DNA of 64,000 bases, from the NCBI GenBank assembly GCA_964016885.1, contig OZ024747.1:31744001-31808000 (forward strand). The letters are read 5' to 3'. A program made the translations under genes and the position numbers. Below are positions 11,008 to 22,860 of the stretch, piece by piece (the stretch's first letter is position 1; each line of letters starts with the position of its first letter). The notes under the pieces are model-generated. The model saw nothing but the letters and a program-made list of their open reading frames with translations, did not search any database and had not been told where the DNA came from. This stretch comes from Eledone cirrhosa (Eukaryota).

Positions 11008-11329
11008 GATGATACTTTCTCCATTTCCTTACATTAGAACAGGATCACCTAAGTATGGCAGAGATAATGTTCCATATATTTTAGAAATGAAATAGTTTAT
11101 TAAACTGAACTCTGTCCTCATATAGGGCCTTATTTTATTGACCCTTGGCAGCAGGATGACAGGCAAAACAACCACAGTGGGGTTTGAACTCAAAATATAA
11201 AGGGCTGAAACCTAGTATAGCCAGTAATTTAATACTCCATTTTACCAATAATAAAAATAATGCTGATCTATTTAAATTTTAATTTCATTTCATATTTAAT
11301 ATACTTCAAATTTCAATAGTAATATTAAA

Positions 11330-11512
11330 AAATAATTTCTACTATAGGCACAAGGCCAGCAATTCTGGGGGGGGGGGGGGGGAAAGTCAATTGAATTGAC
11401 TCCTGTACATTACTGGTGCTTTATTTTATCGACTCCATAGGGATGAAATGCTAACCTCGGCGGGATTTGAACTCAGTCCATAAAGGACCTTAATTCTATG
11501 ATGCAAAGCATA
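11330..11512 (-). mobile_element. tRNA-derived SINE (main family), degenerate; further degenerate copies at about 11110-11230, 12350-12480, 20010-20200, 20392-20455, 21375-21460 and 36355-36515
   Basis: Shared core ttctactataggcacaaggccagc...actggtactttattttatcgac...gatgaaaggcaaagttaacctcggcgggatttgaactcag. Confidence 0.75.
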
Positions 11513-12569
11513 ATAATGTATAATTTAGAAAATGATATATTTAAGGCTAAGACAATGCAAAATGGACAGTAAAATGAAGACAATGAAAAAGTTTGTTACC
11601 TGGTACCTAGTTTATAACAAAAGTTCCCCAATAGGGGAGAACAGTACTGAGGAAATTCTGGTAAACACATAATAGGGGTAGATTAGACAGGACCAATACT
11701 CTTTCTGATTTGAGAAAGCCAATATAGTTTGGCAAGAGCCATAGCACTGTCCCCAACACCTAAGGGCCAGAACCCTTTCAGATTTGAGAAAGCCAATACC
11801 TAGCCTAGAATGAAGTCATCTCTATAGCAACTCAAGATCATTGTGGCCTGTCTGCCAAAAATTTCAAAAAAAATGTTTCTTAAATAAAGTGCAACAACAA
11901 AATAGAGCACACATCTCAAATGGCTGCAGTTTATGGTTTCTGAAGAAATCACAAAACATGAATTGATTGTGTGGTTTGGGTATATCAAGGTAAGGGTTGG
12001 CATGACGGGGTCATGAATCTTGGGTAGTGACCAAAAGAATATGATCATAAATATAAGTGGTTAAAATGAGGTCCTTTCAAAGGGTTACTTGATAGAGTGC
12101 ATAGTTCATTGATCAGAAAGTCACTACAGATAGAGCCACTACTTCTCCAAATTGCAAGATCACAGCTCCGATATTATGGGCAGGAAGAGGAGGGTGCCAT
12201 AATGATATATGGCATTACTAAAGCATTTTTTTAAAAACCTGGTGGAGTCCAATCCTCTTCAGATCTGAATACAGCAGATTTCTTCCAGAAAAAGAGAGAG
12301 TGAAAGAATGGAAATGAGAAAGAGATACAGAGAAAGAATTGACCACAGTACTAGACTGGTACTTTTTTTTTTATTGACCTCGAAATGGATGAAATGCAAA
12401 GTTGAACTCAGCACAATTTGAACTCAGAGAGCGGAAAGTTGAAACAAATATCATAAAGCAGTGTACCTGACTTTCTAATGACTGTCAATTTTCGGGCTCA
12501 AATTCTCCCAATAATGTATTTGAAAATATGGATGCAATGCGTAATGTGGTCTTTGATATAAAAAAGACA

Positions 12570-12772
12570 CTTTCAGAGTTGTATAGCAGAATTCTTTCTA
12601 CCCAAGGCCTTGAAAATTTTCAGTTTTCTGTCCTTGCTAGATCTCCATATTTTGTCTATCTGATTTATTGCAGACCATGCCAGTCCTTTCCTCAAATTAA
12701 AATCAACCTTGCTTTCTGGGATATAACCACAATAATATTTAAATTGTTCCACCCAATTAATGATTTGACCAA
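12570..12772 (-). mobile_element. Degenerate RTE-like LINE fragment
   Basis: ORF 12573..12785 (VEQFKYY...RKGLAWSAINQIDKIWRS...KLKIFKA) resembles the post-RT region of 60470..61045. Confidence 0.55.
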
Positions 12773-13257
12773 TATATGTATGCAAGTATATGTGACTGTG
12801 TGTGTATGTGTGTGTGGAATGGTGTTAATCAACAAAACTAAAACTATCTTGCAGTATTTAGATATTGATTTATGCTAAGTAGGGTTTAACCAATCAATAA
12901 ATAGTATGATCAAAAAATTTAGTTCAAGAGCTGAGTTTAACACAACCAACCAAAATCACCTTTGAAGATTGTATGCCAGTCTGCTCATAATCTAAAGACT
13001 GAAAGTAGTTGAAGAATAAAAGAAAGAGAATGCTCAGATGTTAATAAACTTGCTAAAAGCATAACTAACACAAGTTAACTTCAGTTAAGTTTCAGTACTC
13101 TTTCAAGTAGCCATGGTTATGTGTTTAAGAAGTTTGTTTGCTTTGCAACCATAGATTCAATGCTACAGCTACAGTACTGTTAAGTGGTTCTGCCATATCA
13201 TCATTTTGACCAATATATTTTGAGTGGAGTTTGGTAGAATGGATATTGTGTGGAACC

Positions 13258-13290
<33 letters not shown>

Positions 13291-14086
13291 ATTTGAGGAG
13301 GGTCATATTGTTATAATATCACCAGAAATAATAATAAAACACAGTCACTGTTTGGTTTGGATTCGTTTTCACTTCTGTATATTTTATATCCCTATAGTTA
13401 ATTTAGCTGGCAATCAATGTTTATCATTAGTTGACCAACGGTTATATATATATATATAAAATTGAAAAAGTGAAGAATAACAGGGTCAACAGTACCATCA
13501 AGGGAATTTATTTACAGTCTAACAATTGTTTCAATGATTGAGTTGTCTAAAAATTGCTAAACACTAATCGGATTACCTACAACAATATCTTGTTATCCTA
13601 TATATCTGTGAATATATATATACAGTCTATCACAGTTCTTTCATCACATACCTGTGACATCATCAATGGTACTATTATTACGTTTTCTCCCCTTTATTTT
13701 ATCGACTCCTTATGGGGTCGATAAAATAAAGTACCAGTAATGCACTGGGTAATTGCTGGCCTTGTGCCTAAAGTAGAAACAATTATGTTTTCTCCCCTTG
13801 TATTGTAATTCTATTGCATTTTCATTTATATTTATTTATTTATTTATTCTTGTCTCTGCTTGTGCATGTGTTTATGTGTGTGCATGTGTTTATGTGTGTG
13901 TCTGAGTCTGTGTGTGTGTTTGTATTCTATCTTTGTTCACTAGTGTGTGTTTATGTGTGGTTGTAATTGTACCTGCGTATATTTATTTATATTTATCTTA
14001 GATCACTATGTGTGTTTGTGTATGGTTGTTGTTGTTGTTGTTGTTATTCCATTCATTTTTTATGTTTAACTTTGGTTTTCTTAGTT

Positions 14087-16053
14087 CTAAGAGAGAAGCT
14101 AGACGTCAGGTGTACTTAGCATGCAGGGAGGCAGAGAGTAGGAGGTTTGCCAATGTTCTGCGACGGGAAGATCAGAGGCGTGCGGTGTTCCACATTGCAA
14201 GGCAGTGTGTCAATGCAAATCAGGATGTTGTTGGAGATAAATGTGTCCGGGATGATGCCGGTGTACTTAGTGTCACGAATGATCAGAAAAAGGAGGCCTG
14301 GAAATGTCATTATGAGAGATTGATGAATGTGGAGAACGAATGGGAGAGAGAGAAATTACCCTTGGTAGATCCGACAGAGGGACCAGCTATTGAGATTGAC
14401 GAATATAGGGTCCAAGAGGCGATTAGGGAAATGAAAAATGGTAAGGTGGCCGGACCATCAGGAATAGTTGCTGAGATGCTGAAGGCATCAGGGGACGTAG
14501 GCACTAAACTGGTTGCACGCATCATCAATCAGGCTATATATGGTGGTGTCATACCCAAAGACTGGTGCAGCAGTATTCTCATAAATTGCTACAAAGGTAA
14601 AGGGGATGCTTTGGAGAGGAGCAATTATAGGGGTATAAAACTGATAGATCAGGTTATGAAAGTAGCAGAAAGGATTTTAGCACAACTAATTAGAGAAAGG
14701 GTCAAACTAGATGAGATGCAGTTTGGTTTTGTGCCTGGGAAGAGTACAACAGATGCCCTCTTATTGGTGAGAAAAATGCAAGAGAGGTTCTTAGAGAAGA
14801 ATAAGCCACTATACTTAGCCTTTGTTGACCTAGAGAAGGCCTTTGATAGGGTACCCCGATCTGTCATCTGGTGGTCCCTAAGGAAGCTAGGTGTTGAGGA
14901 ATGGCTTGTGAGGATAGTGCAAACTTTGTACAGAGGTACTCTCAGTAAAGTCAGGGTAGGAATGGAGTTTAGTGAGGAATTCCAGATACAAGTAGGAGTA
15001 CATCAGGGTTCGGTCCTCAGCCCGCTCTTGTTCATTATAGTCCTCCAAGCCATAACAGAGGAGTTTAAGACTGGCTGTCCATGGGAACTTCTCTATGCTG
15101 ACGATCTGGTTCTTATAGCAGAATCAGTAGAGGAGCTAGAGAATAAATTCTGGCTATGGAAACAGCAGTTGGAAGCAAGAGGACTGAGAGTGAATCTAGC
15201 TAAGACAAAAGTGTTGATGAGTAGAAAAGAGGACAAAGCCCTGATTCCTTCAGGGAAATGGCCATGTTCGATATGCAGAAAAGGAACTGGCATAAATTCT
15301 ATAAAATGCACACAATGCAGATCCTGGGTACACAAGAGATGTAGTGGGATAGCAGGCAAACTAACAGGTAGGGAGAAATATGTATGCAGTAGATGTACAG
15401 GGAAATTAGACAGTAGAAGTCGCACTGATAGACACATTTTTCAAATGCAAGAGGGCACTATAGAAGTGGTGGATAGCTTCCGGTACCTAGGAGATCAGAT
15501 TAGCATGGGAGGAGGGTGTTCCGAGGCCATAGTATCTAGAATAAGGACGGGTTGGAAGAAGTTTAGGGAGCTGCTTCCTCTGTTGACGAAGAAGGGTTTC
15601 TCCCTGCGTACGAAAGGCCGGTTGTATGATGCCTGTGTGAGGAGCGCGATGCTGCATGGTAGTGAGACATGGGCAGCAACTGCAGAGGATATGTGACGGC
15701 TGGAGAGAAATGAGGCAAGCATGCTCCATTGGATGTGCAGTGTAAATGTGCGTGAACGACCCAGCATAAATGTGTTGAGAGAGATAGAATGTAGTGTACG
15801 GGAGAGGAGACTGAGGTGGTATGGACATGTGATGCGCATGGAGGATGACCGATGAGTGAAGAAGTGCCAGGAAATGCCAGTTGAAGGAAGACGTGGTAGA
15901 GGTAGACCATGAAAAATATGGTGGAGGTGGTGAGAACAGACCTCAGATCATTGAAGCTCACGGTGGAGATGACAAGGGACTGTGACGAGTGGAGAGATGC
16001 TGTGCTGAATAAGACCCGTCCCACCCTTGCAAGCAGGGAAAAGCGGACGTAAA

Positions 16054-16085
<32 letters not shown>
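14087..16085 (+). mobile_element. RTE-clade LINE, 5'-truncated, nearly identical to 826-2825 in inverted orientation
   Basis: ORF 14008..15696 has the full RT motif set and CxxC...CxxC...HxxC...CxxC. Premature TGA at 15694-15696; (ATG)n tail at 16053-16085. Confidence 0.95.
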
Positions 16086-16087
<2 letters not shown>

Positions 16088-16089
16088 CA

Positions 16090-16970
16090 GTTGCTTCTCT
16101 CATTTGTCTACCTGTTGAGTCATTTCTATGTTTAGATATTATTTTAATTTCTATGTTGTCTATATTACCACCATGTCTTTATCTGGCTTGTTCATATAAT
16201 ACCGAACCACCTTTTTGCCCTTTCAGCCCCCCCCCCCCCCCCCGTGTTGGTCTATCCTCTCCCCTATGCTACAAGCTGTCTCACCTATGTATGTCATCGT
16301 CATGTTTCTGCAAGTACCCTCTGTACATCTTATGCTATAGACTATATTTCTAGTTTTACAATTTATTTGTGGATTTATTCTACATATAACACATTTCCTA
16401 TTAGTACAGTGGGTTTTCTTAAAGGGGTATGTATGTCTTGCTGATCAGGGATTTTATGGTAGTTCATGGCTTTTCTACCACCTTAATCTTTAGATGGATC
16501 TTTCTTTTGGCCTTTCTAAATTGGTTAGCTAATTCTCCTCCAGGTGTTGCATCCACGAACATGACACTCTGGTATCCCTGATTGTTTTACCATGAAGTGG
16601 TTTTCCCTATCTTATGTTTAGTCCTATCTAAGCTATTCCATGATTTGTTCCTGTACAATGGGCAAATCCCTTTCATGTCCATTTCTATGGCTCCTTTGTA
16701 TACTCTGATTCTGTCTCTTTGGTTGTAGCCAGAGAACTGCATGTGATTGATGAAGTGTTGTATGTGTCATTCCAGTTCAGTTGGATTGCACATGCGGGAC
16801 ACATTCATCATCACTCTTCCCAAGTCTGCGATCAGAGTATTAAACTTAGCACTATTGGACATTGCTGAGTTTTTGTGTATAAGGTATTTGGAGGCCATGA
16901 GTTTAGCATAATGTGATTGGAAAATTTGGGTTTTCTCATTTATAGTGTTTAACCAGAGTCCAGTGTCTAA
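16090..16970 (-). mobile_element. Penelope-like element 3' fragment (RT thumb, linker and GIY-YIG start), degenerate
   Basis: Minus strand gives SHYAKLMASKYLIHKNSAMS...QFSGY...CPLYRNKSW...SVMFVDATPGGELA...IKVVEK, then C..RKCVIC...NCKTRNIVYSIRC...TYIGETA (GIY-YIG). Confidence 0.75.
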
Positions 16971-16980
16971 TATATATATT

Positions 16981-17150
16981 ATCATCATCATTTAATGTCT
17001 TTTTTCCCTGCTAGCAAGCTTTGGATGGGTCTACATAGACCAAGTTGATACTGAAGCAGGGCTGCTGACTTCCCAGACAGGCCAAGTGTTCTGTATCCTG
17101 CTTATGTATGTCCATAGTGAGTGCAGAGAAGTTGTCATGTTTTTTGTCAT
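16981..17150 (-). mobile_element. RTE-tailed retroposon fragment; second copy at 50373-50535
   Basis: atcatttaa(c/t)gtct..tttccctgctagcaag..ttggatggg...cccagacaggccaag...tgtatcctgctta is shared by both loci. Confidence 0.6.
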
Positions 17151-17169
17151 AAATGAGATGATGTTTTTT

Positions 17170-17400
17170 GTCATAAACTATATGTAAGAAGAATCAGAAG
17201 TAGTGTGCAAGAGAGAAGAGGGCGCTGGTATGGATATGTGATAAATATAGAAGCTAACAGCCGTAAAAAGAAGGGCGGAGTTCTAACAGTAAATGACAGC
17301 TATTTTGAGATAAATTGTGACATCAAGAAATCAAATTTCATGACAGAGATGATATAGGACTATGATAATTGACAGCATACAGTGCTGGAGATGAACCCTC
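17170..17400 (+). mobile_element. Degenerate RTE 3' fragment
   Basis: gtagtgtgcaagagagaagagggcgctggtatggatatgtgata resembles SVQERRLRWYGHVM. Confidence 0.55.
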
Positions 17401-17586
17401 ACAGTAGTATAAGCTTAGTGCTCAATATGCAATTAATCCCACCTGTACCTATCGTATTATCGGCATCATTCTTTCATCACACTTACACCTCTTCCATATT
17501 TATTGATTCCTCTGTGTACTCTCCGCTCACCCACCCCCACATCATGTAGCTAATTCATACACGTTCTCTTGCTCATTATTACTATA

Positions 17587-17780
17587 GGGGGCTGGATTGG
17601 CAGTATCGGTATAGGGTCTGACGCTATGCTTTGCAGTAAAGAGTTACAGCCCTTTATGGTCTGAGTTCAAATCCCGCCAAGGTTAACTTTGCCTTTCATC
17701 CTTACGGGGTCGATAAAATAAAGTACCAGTAATGTACTGGGTCATTGCTGGCCTTGTGCCAAAAGTAGAAACGATTATTA
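17587..17780 (+). mobile_element. tRNA-derived SINE (main family), full length; other copies at 36814-36997(+), 53688-53878(-), 56978-57112(+), 59500-59725(-), 59740-59960(-) and 61376-61566(-)
   Basis: tggattggcagtatcggtagagggtcgg (A-box-like)...gagttcaaatccc (B-box)...ggggtcgataaaataaagtaccagt...gccttgtgccaaaagtagaaacaattatt. Confidence 0.9.
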
Positions 17781-18258
17781 CTATCACTGTGCCTTTATCA
17801 CCATCACCCTTCACCTATTCACATATCTCCTATCTCTCATATGTCGACATTAACATAAAGATATGCATATGTCTTGCTCAGATTTGGTGCCATGACCATC
17901 ATCCTCCATTGTCAAACTATAGCACCATCATTTTTTCTCCTCCATCGCACAGGAATGACAACTACCACTCCCTATTATAAATTCCTGTTGATATCCATCC
18001 ATAACTCTACCTTCTCTATGCCTCTCTTGCAAGTGTCTACTCAAGGCCTTAACAACAAACAAATATGTAGCCTCTAAACACTCTCTCTTCCAAGATATCC
18101 TACTATCTGAGTGTATCTAGGGAAAATAGTGCCTATGGTAAGCATTGAAATGAAACCACTGCCCAGAACTGTACTTTTACCTCTTCTAAATTGGAGACAC
18201 ACAGCTATATATATATATATATATATATATAGCGTAATCTCTAAATAATGTACACAAT

Positions 18259-18595
18259 GGAAGCACATGGCTTAGTGGTTAGAGCATTGGCCTTGCAATC
18301 GAAAGGTTGTGAGTTCAATTCTCAGACCGGGTGATGTGTTGTTTCCTTGAGCAAGACACTTTATTTCACATTGCTCCAGTTTACTCAGCTGTAGAAATGA
18401 GATGATAGGGACTGGGGTCCCTATCATTCCACTGCAAAGTGGTCGTGGAGGTGCCACGGAAAAAAAGCACCCAGCACTCACTGTAAATGAGGTTGGTGTT
18501 AGGAAGGGCATCCAGCTGTAGAAATCAAGCCAGAATCAGTTCCCGTCCCACCCTTGCAAGCAGGGAAAAGCGGACGTAAAATGATGATGATGATG
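18259..18595 (+). mobile_element. Second tRNA-derived SINE family with an RTE-derived 3' tail; copies at 53914-54310 (full) and 21672-21862 (5'-truncated)
   Basis: Head tggcttagtggttagagc...gagttcaattctc. Tail cccacccttgcaagcagggaaaagcggacgtaaaa(tga)n is identical to RTE 16020-16085. Confidence 0.85.
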
Positions 18596-18997
18596 AATGC
18601 AAATCTTGGGTATACAAAATATGTAGTTTGATAATGAGTAGATTAACAGGAAAGAACATTGCATATAGAAAATGCACAGGAGAAATCAAGAAGAAGAGTG
18701 CCAATGATATATACCTTTTCAAGACAGAGGCAGGATCCATAGACGTGGTTGATAGCAGAGGCTATCAATCACATTTAAAAATATAATCACTGTATAAGAA
18801 TATAATCATAAATAAATAACAAAACAAAGATATGTGTATGACTTCAGTTTGTATTATACTTCAGGCCATATTGAATGTATTTAATGAAGTATAAACAATT
18901 GACAACTTCGATAATTTCCATTATTTGCAAGCAACAATCTTGCTGACTCTTCTTCCATCCTCTCTACCTCAAACGATACAAAGAATACACACACGCA

Positions 18998-19033
<36 letters not shown>

Positions 19034-19420
19034 CATACATACATATACACACACACATATGTGTATATATATAAACACATCTATACATATATATACATAC
19101 ACACACACAAACATATATAAAAATGGCGTAGACATACAACACAACAGGAGGAACAATGAATATAACACCACTGACGATGTTGCAGATGTGCAACGAAAGA
19201 TTTATGTAAATTATGTAAACTATATATATGTGTTTGTGTCTATATTGTATCTGTATTATTTTTGACCGCCGGTCAGTCAATGGCAACATTGAGGACCGAG
19301 TAAGTTAGATCGCAGATATATATATATAAAAGACAGCGAGAAGCGAAAACCAACCAAACAGTGAGTGTGTTCTGTTATTAATTCTGGCAATATTACACAA
19401 ATATGACCCTCCCCAAATAT

Positions 19421-19452
<32 letters not shown>

Positions 19453-19497
19453 GTTTATCCCGGGGTCAATCAGTGGTAATCACATAGCAGGGTATAA

Positions 19498-19595
19498 ATA
19501 TTTAATATAGAAATGGCTTCTACAGGACTAGAACTGTTTCATTCTCCCGAATGAAACAGTTCTAGTCCTGTAGAAGCCATCTCTATATTAAATAT
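19498..19595. repeat. Fold-back palindrome built from the 3' half of the second-family HHR
   Basis: ...ctacaggactagaactgtttcattc-tccc-gaatgaaacagttctagtcctgtag...; about 47-bp arms with one mismatch. Confidence 0.9.
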
Positions 19596-20934
19596 ATATA
19601 TATATATATATATATAGTTAAAAGAATAGAGGTGTAACACACAAGTTATTATATATTGGATCAGAGCAAACAGCACGGACACTCTATCTCAAAATTATTT
19701 TTGAAAAGCATTTAGAAATGCGCAACCGGTAAAAATTTAAAAACTTAAAACCACAACTGAATACTAACCCATACAATCACTAATACTCTTTTATTCCTAA
19801 TTAAACCATTTTTCAACTGTGAACAATTTGTCAGCATTTTCTATTCCGTTTACCAATATATATATATATATATATACATGTGTGTGTGAGTCTGTATACA
19901 TAGGCTTTACATATTCAAGTAGATATACTACAAAGTTAAGTGTACTCAATATGTCTAGTAGAGTCAATATATTATTGATAAAGATGAATAATTTTACATG
20001 ATAAGATATAATATTGGTTTCTGATTTAGGTACAAAGCCAACAACCTGGAGGAAGAGGAAAGCTGATTAAACCAACCCCAGTACATTACTGGTACTTTAT
20101 TCTATTGACCCAGTAAGGATGAAAGGCAAAGTTAACCTCAACAGGATTTGAACTGAGATTGTAAAGTGCCATAACTCTAGGCCATAAAGCTTGTTGTCCT
20201 ACACTTCATCAATACTAACAATCCACAGTATTAACAAAGGTATTTGTCCAATTCTAGTAGAATCATCATTGGTTTTTCAACAGGTATGTCTATTAGCATT
20301 GAGTTTATATATAACTATTCCTTCCATATACTGTCCCGATTGTGTTGTTATTTCTGTTTACCTTTTACACACACATATATAATAATAGTAATAACTGTTT
20401 CTACTTTTGGCACAAGGCCAGCAATTACCCAGTGCATTACTGGTACTTTATTTTATAATAATAGTCATAACGAAAGATATATACTATATATCTTTCGTTT
20501 ATTACTATTATTATTATAAAAATACTCCGGATGAATATATAACGTTGAGTGCTTGGCATCTGTTATATATATGAGTCAGTTGATTACAAATCAACTGACT
20601 CTTATATATAACTTTTTTCATTGATTTATATAGATATATATATACGCATATACATATACATATGTACGTATGGGTTATATCAAACATTAACAATAATATT
20701 TGATTCATTTGTAAACAAATGGCCCATTTAAAGCTGTGCCATGCTGATGACAAATTATCATCTGTTTGTTCAACAATTAAAATGTTTCTGGGTCATTACC
20801 CTTCATCAGCACTGTATACCTCTGACAATCTGTTGAATGGTTGAAAATATACAGTATTTTCTTAAGTACGTATCGGCTGAGTAACCTTATTTGCATACGA
20901 GCAAGTTACAGCTGGCCTTGCCAAAAGTTGTCTG

Positions 20935-21178
20935 TATTGTCATCGTGAAGAATCCAATTCTACAGCTTCACAGATACACTTGCTTTCACCAAATGTTCCC
21001 CCTCAAACACCTCAAAACGTTGGAGTAGAACTATCAATTGACAGTCTGGCCCTGGGGAATGATTTCTTGATGCAAAATACCATGGATGTCAAAGATGAGC
21101 TTGTGCTTGATTGAGCTGCAGCTCTGTCATGCTTTCTTTGGTCAGGGAGATGAGGGGCTTTTCCACTATGTTGAAAAG
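20935..21178 (-). mobile_element. Mariner transposase fragment (degenerate)
   Basis: Minus strand reads roughly QWKSPSSP*PKKA*QS...IFDIHGILHQEIIPQGQTVN..FYSNVLRCLR, the mariner region between the first and second catalytic Asp. Confidence 0.75.
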
Positions 21179-21206
21179 CACACAATTATAGAGTTTTAGT
21201 AGTATA

Positions 21207-21234
21207 CTAGACCACCCGTGACCCGTTGGGTCAT
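21207..21234 (-). mobile_element. Helitron-like 3' terminus
   Basis: Minus strand: hairpin tgaccc-aac-gggtca, 8 nt, then CTAG followed by T. Confidence 0.5.
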
Positions 21235-21880
21235 GTTCATGTAAAAATAATTTTTAAATAATTAAAATATACAGAGACATCTAAACTATAATAAAGTAAG
21301 AAGCACGGGACTGTGTACGGTTTATAATTTTTTTATTCCATTAGTAAAATAAGTTGGATTACTTTGAATTAATAATTATTTCTACTTTTAGGACAAGGCC
21401 AGCAAATCACCAGTACATTACTGGTACTTTATTTTATCGACCCCGAAAGGATGAAAGACAAATTTATAATGAATAAATATTACATAATTTATCTACTAAA
21501 TTATCTACCACTGGCTGTTCATTAAATATATTTTATTATTTATTTAAAAATTCACTTCTTTAAAATTTTCAAATGCAACACTTCCGGTGGCAATCACTTA
21601 AATAAACATTAATTTTCTGTCACTAATTTTCTCCTAATGCAGTTTATATATAATATCGTTTTTTTTAAAAATGGACTGGGGTCCATATCATTCCACTGCA
21701 AAGTGGTCGTGGAGGTCCCACGGCCAGAAAGCACCCAGCACACACTGTAAATGAGGTTGGTGTTAGGAAGGGCATCCAGCTGTAGAAATCAAGCCAGAAT
21801 CAGTTCCTGTCCCACCCTTGCAAGTCGGGAAAAAGCAGACGTAAAATGAAATTATGATGATGAATAATGATATCTATATA

Positions 21881-22760
21881 ATGTATAACGGTGAAAGAGA
21901 TAGAGGGCTAAACAATGCAAAATGAGGTAACAAAAAGTAAAAGTTACCGGGTAATCTTTGTTTTGTTGTTGTTCTTCTTCTTTTAGCTATCCGCAAAGAA
22001 GGACTGGACATACAGTTAGCACACTCCGGCACTTCACTGCGTGGATATCTGTCTCAAAAGCAATCCAGAGACAACAACAATCAATGCTAAACTGACGAAC
22101 TGCTCTATACAGGTATGTGTCAACAGACACATGTGGTATACCGGATTGAATGCAACAAATGTAAGAAGTTCTACATTAGTAGCTCGACTCGAGTAATCCA
22201 CACTCACATTAAAGAAGACCGCAACACGTGCATCCTCATTCAAAAAACACATCGACAAATGTAGAAACATTAACCAACATATTACCGTTACCATCAAAGC
22301 CAGTGATAGAAATGTGGGCAATTTAAGAATTAAGAAAGCGTTGCTCATACGTAGATGAAATAAATAATAGATTAGAACTCAGCACTCAGTACCTGACATA
22401 AAATGACACACCCACTGGCATACAAACTAAACATCTCATACAAAAAAGAAATACTATATTGGCAATTGATGTCATTTACGTGGAAAGCGAAGTAACCAGC
22501 GAAAAATGCTTCAAAATGACAGAGAAAAAATTTTAATCAAAATCAAAATTTTATCCCAAAAAGAAAATTGGAACGTTATTAACTAAAGGTTTATTAAACC
22601 CTGATGAAGGGACTCTTAGGTCCCGAAATATTGGACAGATAATTGAACAACAACAACAACAAAACAAAACAAAGATTACCAGGTAACGTTTACTTTTCGT
22701 TACCACTTCTTACAATCCATTTTGCATTGTTTGGCCTTCTATCTCTTTCAACGTTATATA
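21881..22760 (+). mobile_element. PLE 3' fragment (GIY-YIG) with an HHR-like core at 22601-22628, bounded by inverted pseudo-LTR copies (21881-21975 / 22645-22760)
   Basis: Plus strand HVVYRIECNKCKKFYISSSTRVIHTHIKE...FKKHIDKC...NLRIKKALLI; CTGATGA-a-gggac-tcttag-gtccc-GAAA-tatt; the termini are imperfect reverse complements. Confidence 0.75.
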
Positions 22761-22860
22761 TTACATACAATGCTTCAAGCAAACTATAACATTTATTATA
22801 TATATGCATATATATATATATACGTAAATATGCATACGTACACACATATATATATATATA

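Noticed and set aside
10690-11009. Acceptor-like tttcatctcAG followed by a short frame (IPVGTFPD*) and poly-V/L/P ORFs
   Set aside because: No recognisable protein and all frames close quickly; the downstream ORFs are trinucleotide low complexity.
17587-17680. tRNA gene
   Set aside because: A/B boxes belong to SINE heads followed by a shared SINE body; no complete cloverleaf.
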